From contig JAVCCL010000008.1 of NCBI GenBank assembly GCA_030765505.1, forward strand, positions 1-59,676: a stretch of 59,676 nt of DNA. Reading direction: 5' to 3'. The stretch is from Candidatus Kaelpia imicola. GTDB lineage: Bacteria > Omnitrophota > Gorgyraeia > Kaelpiales > Kaelpiaceae. Numbering within the stretch: position 1 is the first letter of the stretch; each line of letters opens with the position of its first letter. The notes under the pieces are model-generated. The model was given only the letters and a program-made list of their open reading frames with translations. It was not told the origin of the DNA and ran no database searches. A program made the translations under genes and the position numbers. Positions 19,928 to 29,706 of this stretch are shown here, in pieces.

Positions 19928-21460
19928 ATGCAAGCTTTATTAATCTCGCTACAAAAAGACCTTGATACAATCGGACTAAAATATCTCCACTACCATCTTC
20001 TGAATAATGGCTACGATTCCACTCTCCTCTATCTATCCTCATTTTACATTAAAAACGATGGGGGATTAAAAGAGATTAAAAGATTCGTCTTACAAACTAA
20101 CCCGGATTTTATTGCTATTAGCTTGATGAGTCTCGAATATTTCAAGGCTTGCAATCTGACAGAATTTTTAAAAGGTTTTATTAGCTCGACACCGATTATA
20201 TGGGGAGGAATACACCCTACTATATCTCCGGAAGATTGTTTAAATTACGCTGATTTTGTCTGTATAGGTGAAGGAGAGAGAACTATTCTCAATGTAGCAG
20301 AGAGTATAATTGAAAATAGAAATATAAAAGAGATTAATAATCTATGTTATAGGAATGCCGGCATCATAAGGAGAAATCCTCTCTACCCGCCAATCGCCGA
20401 TTTAGATTCACTGCCCTTTTATCAACACCTACCCAAGAATGCTTTCATCTTAAGCGCTAAGAACATTATCCCGCTTGATAAAAAGTCATTTAAAAAACGT
20501 TCCAGGTATACAGGGAGAACTTACAGTATAATATCCAGCCGAGGATGTCCGCTCTGCTGCACCTACTGCTGTAATAGCTTCATCTCCAAGCTCTATGAAA
20601 GCAATGCTATAAGAAGGCGCGGTGTTGATAATATTGTCAAAGATATCTGCCAAACTGTGAATGAGAATCCGGAAATTGAGTATATAAATTTTCAGGACGA
20701 TTGTTTTTTAGCGGCCCCAGAAGATTATTTCAGAGAATTCTGCATCCTTTATAAAAGAAGGGTAGATAAACCGTTTATTATCAGGTCTATTCCAATATAT
20801 GTTAATAGAGAAAAAATCAGACTATTGAAAGAGGCTGGATTGAGCTGGGTAAGCCTGGGACTGCAAAGCGGCAGTGATCATACATGCAAAGAGATATACG
20901 GGCGAAAGTCTTTAAAGTCCGATTTTCTTAAAGCGGCTAAAATTATAAAAGATTTTAATATTGCTGCATTCTATGATGTTATAACAGATAATCCTTTCGA
21001 GAACATAACCGACAAACTAAAAACTATCGAGGTTTTAAGTGAAACCCCAAAACCTTTCTACCTCCAGCTCTTCTCTCTGGTTCTCTATCCTGGAACTGAA
21101 TTATATTTAAAAGCAAAATCAGAACACTCTGATCTTACTGAAGATTATCTCAGAAAAGACTTTCTTATTCCTGATAAAAACATAATAAACAATTTTATCA
21201 AACTCACTCCTTGCATTAAAGGTAGCTGCATAATAAGACTTATCAGTATTTACAAATTAAAACCCGGCAGCATAAGATTTAAGATTCTTTTTTACCTAAT
21301 ATATATCTTCACCGCTCTTATATTAGAACCTATAAGTTATTTTAAGGTTATTAAGCTTTCCCAGAGGGGTTCTTATTTTAAGACAATCAAACTATTCCCG
21401 ATATACTCTAAAGAAGGATTTATGAGATATTTAAATCGTTTTAAGACTAATGAAAATTAA
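19928..21460 (+). CDS. B12-binding-domain radical SAM protein
   Basis: 510 aa with an N-terminal B12-binding-like domain and the cluster motif CPLCCTYC (CxxxCxxC). Confidence 0.85.
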   Translation: MQALLISLQKDLDTIGLKYLHYHLLNNGYDSTLLYLSSFYIKNDGGLKEIKRFVLQTNPDFIAISLMSLEYFKACNLTEFLKGFISSTPIIWGGIHPTISPEDCLNYADFVCIGEGERTILNVAESIIENRNIKEINNLCYRNAGIIRRNPLYPPIADLDSLPFYQHLPKNAFILSAKNIIPLDKKSFKKRSRYTGRTYSIISSRGCPLCCTYCCNSFISKLYESNAIRRRGVDNIVKDICQTVNENPEIEYINFQDDCFLAAPEDYFREFCILYKRRVDKPFIIRSIPIYVNREKIRLLKEAGLSWVSLGLQSGSDHTCKEIYGRKSLKSDFLKAAKIIKDFNIAAFYDVITDNPFENITDKLKTIEVLSETPKPFYLQLFSLVLYPGTELYLKAKSEHSDLTEDYLRKDFLIPDKNIINNFIKLTPCIKGSCIIRLISIYKLKPGSIRFKILFYLIYIFTALILEPISYFKVIKLSQRGSYFKTIKLFPIYSKEGFMRYLNRFKTNEN

Positions 21461-21483
21461 CTTCTGCAGCTCTATAGCAACCC

Positions 21484-23889
21484 TTATTTTGATAAAATCT
21501 TCTTCACAACTCTTACTGCTTCAACCGCATCTTTCGCATAGAAAGCTTTGAGGCTCCTTGCATAACCTTCTGTTACAACAGCACCTCCAAGCATAAACTT
21601 AACATTAAGCCTCTCTTTGCGAACCAATGTTACAACCCTCTCCATATTGACCATGGTGGTTGTCATCAAAGCAGATAGACCTACAATATCGGGTTTATAT
21701 CTTCTTATCTCTCTCGCTATGCTTTCGGCAGAAATATCCTTACCCAGATCAATCACACCGAAACCGTGATTACTCATTATGAGCGCTACTATGTTCTTAC
21801 CGATATCGTGAATATCCCCTTCAACGGTTGCAACCATAACCAAAGCTCTTCTCTCACTATTCTTCTTCTTAAGATAAGGCTCTAAGATAGAGAAAGCTTT
21901 TTTAACAACCTCAGCGCTGGATATCAACTGAGGCAGGAAACATTCTTTCCTGTTGAATCTTTCACCTACAATACCGATTGAAGGAATCATAATCTTATTC
22001 ACAATATTTATAGCCGTTATATCTTTGGCCAAAGCAGATTTTATCAACTCGAGAATTATATCTCTATCTCCTTCAATAATAGCTCTGGATATTTTATCTT
22101 TGATAAGGTCGGCAGAATCTACTCTGACATTCATCGATTTAACAGGATGCTTTACGGTATTAGAACCGAAGAAACGCTTTATGAAATCTTTACCGCCTCT
22201 ATCTTCAGCCAAGAGAAGCTTTTCGGCATATTTACTCTTACGACTACTCTTAATCTTATGAGAATCTAAAATAGCAAGGTTTAAACCTCTCTCTTCTGCT
22301 AAAGAGAGAAAGGTTTTGTTTATGATATCCCGCCTGGGAAGCCCAAACGATATATTGGATAGCCCTATGATAGTATTCATCTCTAACTTTTTACTTAGAT
22401 ATCCAATAGTCTTAAGCAGTTCAACCCCTGCCTCAGGTTCAGCTGAGACCGCTAAAGTAATGCCATCGACCACAACACTCTCTTTTTTAATTCCAAACTC
22501 TTTTACTTTTTTGACTAATCTGTCTATCGCCTCTCTTCTTTTCTGAAAAGACCTGGGGATACCGGCTGAGGTTAAAGGCAAGAGTATAAACATGGCTCCA
22601 TACTTTTTAACAACGGGCAAGAGCTTCTTCAGCTTCTCACTCTCTCCGGATATAGAGTTAACCATAGCACGCCCCGGATAGAACCGCAAAGCTGCCTCAA
22701 TTACATCCGGATCTGAAGAGTCGATTACAAGAGGAAGCTTTGAGCTAACCGCCAAAACTGATACCGCACTAAGCATAGCCTCTTTTTCATCAACACCTAA
22801 AACAGAGACATTTAAATCCAAGAGCTTTGCCCCTTTAAGTTCCTGTTCTCTGGCAAGCTCTCTTATGAGAGAATGGTTTCTATTTAAGATTGATTTCTGT
22901 AACTTCTTCTTACCGCTGGGATTTATCTTCTCTCCAACGGCTATCAAGGGGGAATCTTTATCAAAGACCAAACTGGAAGCTGCAGAACTTAAAGCGCTAT
23001 ATCGCCGCAACTTCTTAGAAGCCGGCTTTAAGCCCTTCATCTCTCTCTTTAAAGCCGCTATATGCTGAGGTGTCGTCCCGCAACACCCTCCTATGATGCT
23101 GACTCCGGATAAGATGAGATTCTTTCCAGCCTCTGCAAACCGGTCTTCCGGCATATTGAAGAGAGTCTTTCCGGCTATAACCTCAGGCATCCCGGCGTTG
23201 GGCTTTGCAATAAGAGGAACCCTGGCATAATCCTTCATCTTCAAGATAATACTCTTCATATCCTCAGGACCGCTGGAACAGTTGGCGCCTACAGCAGAAG
23301 CTCCTAAACTCTCTAAAGTAATAAGAGCACTTAGCGGGTCGGTCCCGTTTAATGTCCGGCCGGACTTCTCATAACTCATCGTAACAATGGTAAACTTATC
23401 ACTGATCTCACGTACCGCTATCAATGCCGCCCGTGCCTCCTGAATATCCATCATCGTCTCTATTGCGAAGAGGTCAACCCCGGCTTCAATCAACCCTCTG
23501 ACCTGTTCTTTAAAGATATCGACAGCTTGGTTAAAATCAAGTTCTCCAAACGGTTTAACAAATTTACCTGTAGAACTAATATCACCCGCAACAAGAGTTT
23601 CACCAGAACCGGCAGCATCTTTTGCGATAAGAGCAAGTTTCTTATTTAACTCTGAAATATTAATCTTTTTATCTCCAAGCTTTACTCGATTGGCTCCGAA
23701 AGTGGCACTATATATGACATCAGATCCTGCCTCTATATAGCTCCTGTGGAGCTTGCACAGAACATCTCTATTCTCCAGACACCAGAGTTCAGGCAAGACC
23801 CCTGATGGCATGCCCATCTCGTGCAAAGAGGTACCGCAGGCACCATCAAGGATAAGCACTCTTCTTTTTAATATATTCTCTATTTTCAT
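21484..23889 (-). CDS. metH: Methionine synthase, cobalamin-dependent, without reactivation domain
   Basis: 801 aa with homocysteine-binding, pterin-binding and B12-binding (EGDIHDIGKN = DxHxxG) modules. It ends after the cobalamin domain. Confidence 0.9.
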   Translation of the reverse strand: MKIENILKRRVLILDGACGTSLHEMGMPSGVLPELWCLENRDVLCKLHRSYIEAGSDVIYSATFGANRVKLGDKKINISELNKKLALIAKDAAGSGETLVAGDISSTGKFVKPFGELDFNQAVDIFKEQVRGLIEAGVDLFAIETMMDIQEARAALIAVREISDKFTIVTMSYEKSGRTLNGTDPLSALITLESLGASAVGANCSSGPEDMKSIILKMKDYARVPLIAKPNAGMPEVIAGKTLFNMPEDRFAEAGKNLILSGVSIIGGCCGTTPQHIAALKREMKGLKPASKKLRRYSALSSAASSLVFDKDSPLIAVGEKINPSGKKKLQKSILNRNHSLIRELAREQELKGAKLLDLNVSVLGVDEKEAMLSAVSVLAVSSKLPLVIDSSDPDVIEAALRFYPGRAMVNSISGESEKLKKLLPVVKKYGAMFILLPLTSAGIPRSFQKRREAIDRLVKKVKEFGIKKESVVVDGITLAVSAEPEAGVELLKTIGYLSKKLEMNTIIGLSNISFGLPRRDIINKTFLSLAEERGLNLAILDSHKIKSSRKSKYAEKLLLAEDRGGKDFIKRFFGSNTVKHPVKSMNVRVDSADLIKDKISRAIIEGDRDIILELIKSALAKDITAINIVNKIMIPSIGIVGERFNRKECFLPQLISSAEVVKKAFSILEPYLKKKNSERRALVMVATVEGDIHDIGKNIVALIMSNHGFGVIDLGKDISAESIAREIRRYKPDIVGLSALMTTTMVNMERVVTLVRKERLNVKFMLGGAVVTEGYARSLKAFYAKDAVEAVRVVKKILSK

Positions 23890-23895
23890 ATCAAT

Positions 23896-24516
23896 CTAAC
23901 CGATATCTTCTATAGCAGTAACCGCAGTGACCGACTTCTCCGGTATTAACTGGAAATAGTCATTGATCTCTATCTTGAGCCTACCGAGCTTCATCAAACG
24001 GTAAATCTCGTTCTGATATTCTATTTTAAAATCACCGTAGCCGCAAGAGATGCGTCTCAAAATAAGACGTCTCCTATCTCTTAAAAGCTCCCTGTCTAAG
24101 AATCTCTGTATCCATCTTAAAGATAGCTCTACCGATTCCGATGCCAAGGCATCTAAAACAACAGCCTTAGTCATATTCTCATCCTGAGCAATTTTAATCT
24201 CATCTATTATGCTCTCTCCGGTAGTTGCAGCCATAAAGAGAGCCTCCCGATAATTGTTTAAAAGAGAAGAGAGAAGCTCGCTCTTTATCCGAAGACCATT
24301 TTCAAATTCAACTACTGAGTTACTGTTTTTCTTAACCGGAAGCCTCAGATATGCCCCTTTAAGCTCCATCTTGAGTAGACCTTCCTGAATATAACCATCA
24401 AACTCTTCAATCTGACTAGAGACTATATCCATACCAGGCTTAAAGCCCAGTCTCTTATAAATAATCTCTCGCGGAAAATCTACGCTTATAGGGTCAAAAT
24501 ATTGTAACTTCTGCAT
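23896..24516 (-). CDS. Putative stand-alone methionine synthase activation (AdoMet-binding) domain protein
   Basis: 206 aa immediately upstream of the truncated metH. It has RRISCGYGDF, resembling the RxxxGY AdoMet-binding motif. Stand-alone activation domains next to about 800-aa MetH are known in other bacteria. Confidence 0.55.
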   Translation of the reverse strand: MQKLQYFDPISVDFPREIIYKRLGFKPGMDIVSSQIEEFDGYIQEGLLKMELKGAYLRLPVKKNSNSVVEFENGLRIKSELLSSLLNNYREALFMAATTGESIIDEIKIAQDENMTKAVVLDALASESVELSLRWIQRFLDRELLRDRRRLILRRISCGYGDFKIEYQNEIYRLMKLGRLKIEINDYFQLIPEKSVTAVTAIEDIG

Positions 24517-24564
24517 AGTATCGTACCTATTATAAACAGTTTAGGTTAAAAATAATAGCCCCTC

Positions 24565-25206
24565 TTAAATACCAATACCTCTGGTGTAGACTTTTCCGCA
24601 ATGGTGTTTTCCATCTAAAGAGACCATGCCTCTCTTAATCTCTTTAAAAGTAACCGTCCAGTCTGCTTTAACTGCTATAGTTCCTGCAGTTCCAGAGTCG
24701 GCATCCAGCCCTGAAGGAATATCTACAGAGAGAACCTCTATCTTAGACCTATTGATTAATTCAATCACACTCTTCTGAGGTTCCCTAATCTCTCCCTCAA
24801 CACCTATTCCTATTAATGCATCTATTAAAATGTCGGATTTTGTAATCTCAGAACTTAAGCGTTTAATATCAGAGACTCTCTCTATGCCTCTCACTTTTAG
24901 CCCTAATCCCTCAAGAACTCTTAACTGCACCAATGTCTCATCTTTTATTCTGCTTATACTATCTACTAAAAACAGTTTCACTCTTACACCGTTAATATAC
25001 AAATGCCTGGCTGCAACCAGACCATCTCCACCGTTATAACCTGCCCCGGAGACCACGACAACAGAACCTGGCCTCTTTAATTTTTTCAACAGAATCTCTG
25101 CAACACCCCTACCGGCATTCTCCATAAGAGCGATTCTCGGCACTCCCAGCTCATATATTGCGCGACTGTCAATCCGCTGCGCCTCTTTAAGTGATATTGC
25201 CTTCAT
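24565..25206 (-). CDS. nnrE: NAD(P)H-hydrate epimerase (YjeF N-terminal domain)
   Basis: 213 aa with SGAGYNGGDGLVAARHL. Confidence 0.85.
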   Translation of the reverse strand: MKAISLKEAQRIDSRAIYELGVPRIALMENAGRGVAEILLKKLKRPGSVVVVSGAGYNGGDGLVAARHLYINGVRVKLFLVDSISRIKDETLVQLRVLEGLGLKVRGIERVSDIKRLSSEITKSDILIDALIGIGVEGEIREPQKSVIELINRSKIEVLSVDIPSGLDADSGTAGTIAVKADWTVTFKEIKRGMVSLDGKHHCGKVYTRGIGI

Positions 25207-26219
25207 AGAACCTCCACCTTATCGATTAACCCCGAAGATATCCAGATATCGTAACCCTCCTCTCCCTGCGATATGAATATAGCCTCAATATTATCCTGGC
25301 TCTCAACAGACTTCCTGCCTTTATCAAAACCCATCACAACTAGAGCTGTTGCCCAGCCATCTGCATCAATAGCTCTAGAGGCTACAACAGTAACGCTTAA
25401 AACATCTCCTTTTACGGGAAACCCGCTTCTAGGGTCTATTATGTGAGAAAACCGTTCACCTTTATAATCGAGAAACCTTTCGTAGTTTCCGGAGGTCGCA
25501 ACAGCAAAATCCTTAATATCTATTCTCGCAATCACGCTCTCAGGTTTTTTGGGGTCCTGAACGCCTATCCTCCAGCCGTCTCCATCTAATCCAGTACCCA
25601 AGCAGTAAATGTCACCCCCTATCTCAACTATAGCATTTTTAACCCCGCCGGATCTAAGCAGATCCACAACGGAGTCTATCGCATAACCCTTGGCTATCCC
25701 CCCAAGATCGATGCTTACCTTATTATTCTTAAACCTTATTGCATTATTGACTGAGATATCAATATTCTCCCAGCCTAAACAGGATAAAACCTCCTGGACC
25801 TCCCTCTCTTTAGGCAAAAAGAGCTTACTCTCTTTAAAACCCCAAAGCTCCATTAAGGGTCCAACCGTAGGATCAAAACAACCCCCGGATTCACGGGCTA
25901 TATTAATAGCATCCCTGACAACAGAGAACATCTCATCCGATACTTTTAAAAAACTCTCTCCCCCGTAATTATTCAGATAAGAGAGCTCGCTATCTTCACT
26001 ATAGTCGCTGAACTTACCTTCTAACCTCTTGAGCTCCCGGGCAATATCATCAAAAAGATAGCTATATCTATTATCCTCGATCTTAATCATATAATAAGTA
26101 GACATAACAGAACCGCGCTGGAATAAGAGTTCGGCCCTAGCCGTTAAAGAGACAGCCAAGAAAGCTATATTGATGAACAATAATCTTCTGATAGAATATT
26201 TTAATAGTAAGCTTCTCAA
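25203..26219 (-). CDS. apbE: FAD:protein FMN transferase (ApbE family)
   Basis: 338 aa with a signal/anchor N-terminus. It has GGIAKGYA, TSGNYERF and HIIDPRSG. Confidence 0.88.
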   Translation of the reverse strand: MRSLLLKYSIRRLLFINIAFLAVSLTARAELLFQRGSVMSTYYMIKIEDNRYSYLFDDIARELKRLEGKFSDYSEDSELSYLNNYGGESFLKVSDEMFSVVRDAINIARESGGCFDPTVGPLMELWGFKESKLFLPKEREVQEVLSCLGWENIDISVNNAIRFKNNKVSIDLGGIAKGYAIDSVVDLLRSGGVKNAIVEIGGDIYCLGTGLDGDGWRIGVQDPKKPESVIARIDIKDFAVATSGNYERFLDYKGERFSHIIDPRSGFPVKGDVLSVTVVASRAIDADGWATALVVMGFDKGRKSVESQDNIEAIFISQGEEGYDIWISSGLIDKVEVL

Positions 26220-26225
26220 TTGAAT

Positions 26226-27314
26226 TTATATGGAATTAAGGATCTTCTCTAGATTTACATACCGGCCGATAATCTCTTTAACCAACTTAATTTTATCATA
26301 GTCGGTTGGCCTCAACTTCACATTTAAATCGTATATAGCAGATGCAACAGTATAGGTATCGTCTTCTGAGGTAAGAAGCGGTATTCCCACCTTCTCTATC
26401 TTGTTCAAGATCTTCTTGCTCGGCAGAATGCCTCCGGTCAATAAGATTCCTGCGATGCTGTAGTTATTTGTATCTGGAATAGAACAATACCTAATCGCAG
26501 CGATAATTATATCCTCCCTGTCCCCCGGCGTTATTATCAGAGTATTTCTCTCTACATACCTAAATGCATCCTGAGACTCCATAGCTGCTATTATGACCTT
26601 CTCTACGGTATTTCCTTTTCTCTCTATAGAGGAGATAAAGTTGAGCTCCATCTCATCGGATATCTGTTCAATCGTAGGCGCAGAGAGTATTGGGTTATAA
26701 GGGATGGTACCTAACTCATCAACCCCCAATCTGTTCAAACCCTTACTTACCAGAGAGGAGATCTTCTCATACTTCTTCTTTAAAACTTTATTCACAACAG
26801 CACCGATAACATCTGCTCCCTCTTTGTCAAAGAGAGCTTTATTGAGGACGATCTCATCTATAGGCCTGCCTACTCCCCCAGACGATACTATCAAAACCTT
26901 TGCATCTAAGATTTTGGCAACCCGGGCATTGGAATGGTCAAAGACAGAACCCACCCCTGCATGGCCGGTACCCTCAATAATTACAAGATCAGAAGAATCT
27001 GCAATCCTTTCGTAAGACTCAACTATCTTAGATGTAATCTCAGCAGGGTAAGGATTTTCGATATATCTTTCGGTAAATCCTCTCTCAACCGCAATTGGAT
27101 TAAGCAGCTTTAAAGGAAACGTAAACTTAAATACCTTCTCTATCAAAACAGAGTCTTCATCCACCTGATAACCTTCTTCAAAAAGGTATCTCTGCCCTAT
27201 CGGCTTTATAAATCCTATTCTTTTAAAGTGGTTCCTGAGGTTAAGAAGCAGCCCTAAGGCAATTGTAGTCTTACCCCCATTTTGATTTGTAGCAGCAATA
27301 AATATCTTCTTCAT
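26226..27314 (-). CDS. BioD-like P-loop + DRTGG domain protein (Pta N-terminal-like)
   Basis: 362 aa with NQNGGKTT (P-loop) and ITPGDREDII (DRTGG-type). Confidence 0.7.
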   Translation of the reverse strand: MKKIFIAATNQNGGKTTIALGLLLNLRNHFKRIGFIKPIGQRYLFEEGYQVDEDSVLIEKVFKFTFPLKLLNPIAVERGFTERYIENPYPAEITSKIVESYERIADSSDLVIIEGTGHAGVGSVFDHSNARVAKILDAKVLIVSSGGVGRPIDEIVLNKALFDKEGADVIGAVVNKVLKKKYEKISSLVSKGLNRLGVDELGTIPYNPILSAPTIEQISDEMELNFISSIERKGNTVEKVIIAAMESQDAFRYVERNTLIITPGDREDIIIAAIRYCSIPDTNNYSIAGILLTGGILPSKKILNKIEKVGIPLLTSEDDTYTVASAIYDLNVKLRPTDYDKIKLVKEIIGRYVNLEKILNSI

Positions 27315-27345
27315 TGAGATCGAATATTAGAAAGAGAGAGCTCTA

Positions 27346-27786
27346 TCAATCTTTTGAGTCTTTCTTTTTATAGCCTGCCGATGCTTTTGTCTCTATTCCG
27401 CCTCTAAGATTAAAGATAGCCTCTATTTTTAATTCAACAGGATCCAAAATTTTAACCAGATCCTCCATAATTTTGTTAACCGCATGCTCATGAAATATCT
27501 TGACCTGTCTGAACGACAAAAGATAGTACTTAAAAGACTTGAGCTCTATGCATAGTCTATCCGGTATATATTTCAAGCTTATTTTTGCAAAGTCCGGAAG
27601 GCCAGAAAAAGGACAGAGGCAGCTAAACTCATTCGTTGAATGCTCCATCTCTATTATGTTTTGAGGATACTCATAAGGAAAAGTCACCAGAATCAAAGGC
27701 TCTACTACAGAGATATCGAAAGTCTCACCTATCGCTTTGAGCGTTCTCTGCTCTATGCTGGAGGAGTCTCTGTTTTCATAAACCAT
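27346..27786 (-). CDS. queF: NADPH-dependent 7-cyano-7-deazaguanine reductase
   Basis: 146 aa with CLCPFSGLPDF and ELKSFKYYLLSFR. Confidence 0.85.
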   Translation of the reverse strand: MVYENRDSSSIEQRTLKAIGETFDISVVEPLILVTFPYEYPQNIIEMEHSTNEFSCLCPFSGLPDFAKISLKYIPDRLCIELKSFKYYLLSFRQVKIFHEHAVNKIMEDLVKILDPVELKIEAIFNLRGGIETKASAGYKKKDSKD

Positions 27787-27802
27787 ATCGGTTAGACCTG
27801 AA

Positions 27803-28606
27803 TCAGTTTTGAGGCTTAAAAGTGCGGTATTTACGGATTATGTTCTTATCTATCTTCATCTTACCTTCAGCCCCGCCCATAGGAATAAGGAGTGTAATAG
27901 TCTCAGTATCTCTCTCTACCAAGATCCCCTTTAAAGTATAGCCATTTTTAAAAATTACTTCGCAGGGATAGTCAGATACCACCTCACCCTGTTCTATATT
28001 TTTTGAAGCAATAAATCTCTTTATTCCCATCTTTAAAGGTTTGAAGATAATAATGCTGGTCAGAGCAAGCAATATTCCCCAAAAGAGAATTCTCTTCCCC
28101 CAGATAAGTATTCGATAGAGGCCTATCTTTGCAACATCCGTTATAACGCCTCTGGCCAGCTTTTTAGAACAATACATGGCCATATCGGCTTTATGGACAA
28201 GCGACTCTATATCCACAGCATCCTGAGGATAAGATGCAATCCCATAGCTGACACTGATTCTTAACAATTTTGTTCTGTATAGAAAAGGGCGCCTCTTTAA
28301 ATTTCTATTACAGAGTCTGAATAGGATTGAAGCATACTTCTTATCCTGTTCAGGAAAGACCACAATAAACTCATCTCCTCCGTAACGGAAGAGCACACCT
28401 CTATCTTCAAATGTAAGTTTTATAGTCGAAGAGATATATCTTAGAACGCTATCTCCGAACATATGACCATATTTATCGTTTATAACCTTGAAATGGTTCA
28501 AATCTATAAGGCCTATCGTAAAACTCTTCTCTGATTCAGTAAGAGAATCAATATAGGGTTGAAACTCATCTCTGGTATAAAAACCTGTCAAAAGATCTTC
28601 TTTCAT
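27803..28606 (-). CDS. GGDEF diguanylate cyclase with C-terminal TM segment and small C-terminal domain
   Basis: 267 aa with RYGGDEF, and GLIDLNHFKVINDKYGH upstream of it. A hydrophobic ILFWGILLALTSIIIF follows, then an approximately 70-aa tail. Confidence 0.85.
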   Translation of the reverse strand: MKEDLLTGFYTRDEFQPYIDSLTESEKSFTIGLIDLNHFKVINDKYGHMFGDSVLRYISSTIKLTFEDRGVLFRYGGDEFIVVFPEQDKKYASILFRLCNRNLKRRPFLYRTKLLRISVSYGIASYPQDAVDIESLVHKADMAMYCSKKLARGVITDVAKIGLYRILIWGKRILFWGILLALTSIIIFKPLKMGIKRFIASKNIEQGEVVSDYPCEVIFKNGYTLKGILVERDTETITLLIPMGGAEGKMKIDKNIIRKYRTFKPQN

Positions 28607-28608
28607 AA

Positions 28609-28809
28609 TTAAAACCTCATAAAAAAGTTCATAAAGGGTGAGTTGCTCTCCCAGCTCTGAGAGATCTTCTTAACATGGTACCTCAAAAAGAGAACGCTTA
28701 AACCTATAAGAATAAGAAGAAAAGATACTATTAAAGATAGCAACTCAGGGTAGAGAGCTATAAGTATTCCAGCAAATATTAACAGTATCGCCAGCGTCAT
28801 AAAAATCAC
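28609..28809 (-). CDS. Small two-TM membrane protein
   Basis: 66 aa with two hydrophobic helices and a tight operon position. Confidence 0.5.
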   Translation of the reverse strand: MIFMTLAILLIFAGILIALYPELLSLIVSFLLILIGLSVLFLRYHVKKISQSWESNSPFMNFFMRF

Positions 28810-28810
28810 C

Positions 28811-29503
28811 TTATCTCTTTGAACTATTATATACAGAAAATGAGGAAATTAAAATACTTAATTCAAAAAGCAATATCAAAGGCAGGGCAAGAATTACTTG
28901 AGTAAAAACATCCGGAGGCGTTAAGAGCGCAGCCAGAATAAAGCTGGCTAGATATATATATTTCCTGCCCCTCTTTAAGACCCCAGCTTCTACCAATCCG
29001 GATCTAACAGAGAAAAGAACGGCCAGCGGAATTATAGAAATAATACCGAAAGATAAGAGCAGCATAAAAAGAAAAGAGATGTAATTACTGACGGTTATCA
29101 TTGCGCTTATATTGCCTGCTTCAAAATTAAGCAAGAAGTTAAGAAAACAGGGCAAAAATAACAGGTAACCAAGCACTATTCCCGAATAGAAAAAAAGAAC
29201 TATAGAAAATATATAGAGAAAGGATGTTTTCAAACTACTCTCTCTAAGAGCCGGCTTTATATACAGGTAGAGTTGCGAGATAAAACAGGTGAAAGTCGCA
29301 AATGCCCCCAGAGAGAGAGCTATCTTTATTCTAACAATAAAAAGCTCTGCCGGATGAATATATATTAGCTTAGTTACCGGTTTTTGAATAAAGAGCAAAA
29401 GATCATCTACAAAAAGATAGCAGATAACTACAGAGAGAAAATAAAAGACGAGGATATATATCAACCTTCTTCTGAACTCTTCGAGATGATCAAAGACAGT
29501 CAA
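28811..29503 (-). CDS. tatC: Twin-arginine translocase subunit TatC
   Basis: 230 aa with an N-terminal DHLEEFRRRLIY and a polytopic profile. Confidence 0.85.
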   Translation of the reverse strand: MTVFDHLEEFRRRLIYILVFYFLSVVICYLFVDDLLLFIQKPVTKLIYIHPAELFIVRIKIALSLGAFATFTCFISQLYLYIKPALRESSLKTSFLYIFSIVLFFYSGIVLGYLLFLPCFLNFLLNFEAGNISAMITVSNYISFLFMLLLSFGIISIIPLAVLFSVRSGLVEAGVLKRGRKYIYLASFILAALLTPPDVFTQVILALPLILLFELSILISSFSVYNSSKR

Positions 29504-29513
29504 GCTTAACCTC

Positions 29514-29696
29514 TCAACTTATAGTATCATCCGAATCTTCTTCACTCTTATCGGAATCAATATGCTCAGACTCTTTTCTGAACTCCCTGAGAGTCTTGGC
29601 AAGAGCTCTTCCTATCTCAGGCAGCCTCTTGGCTCCAAAGAGAAGCAGCACGATCAAAAGGATTATAAGTATCTCGGTCATACCCATTCGAAACAT
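29514..29696 (-). CDS. tatA: Twin-arginine translocase subunit TatA/E
   Basis: 60 aa with LLIVLLLFGAKRLPEIGRALAK. Confidence 0.85.
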   Translation of the reverse strand: MFRMGMTEILIILLIVLLLFGAKRLPEIGRALAKTLREFRKESEHIDSDKSEEDSDDTIS

Positions 29697-29706
29697 CCCT
29701 CACCTC

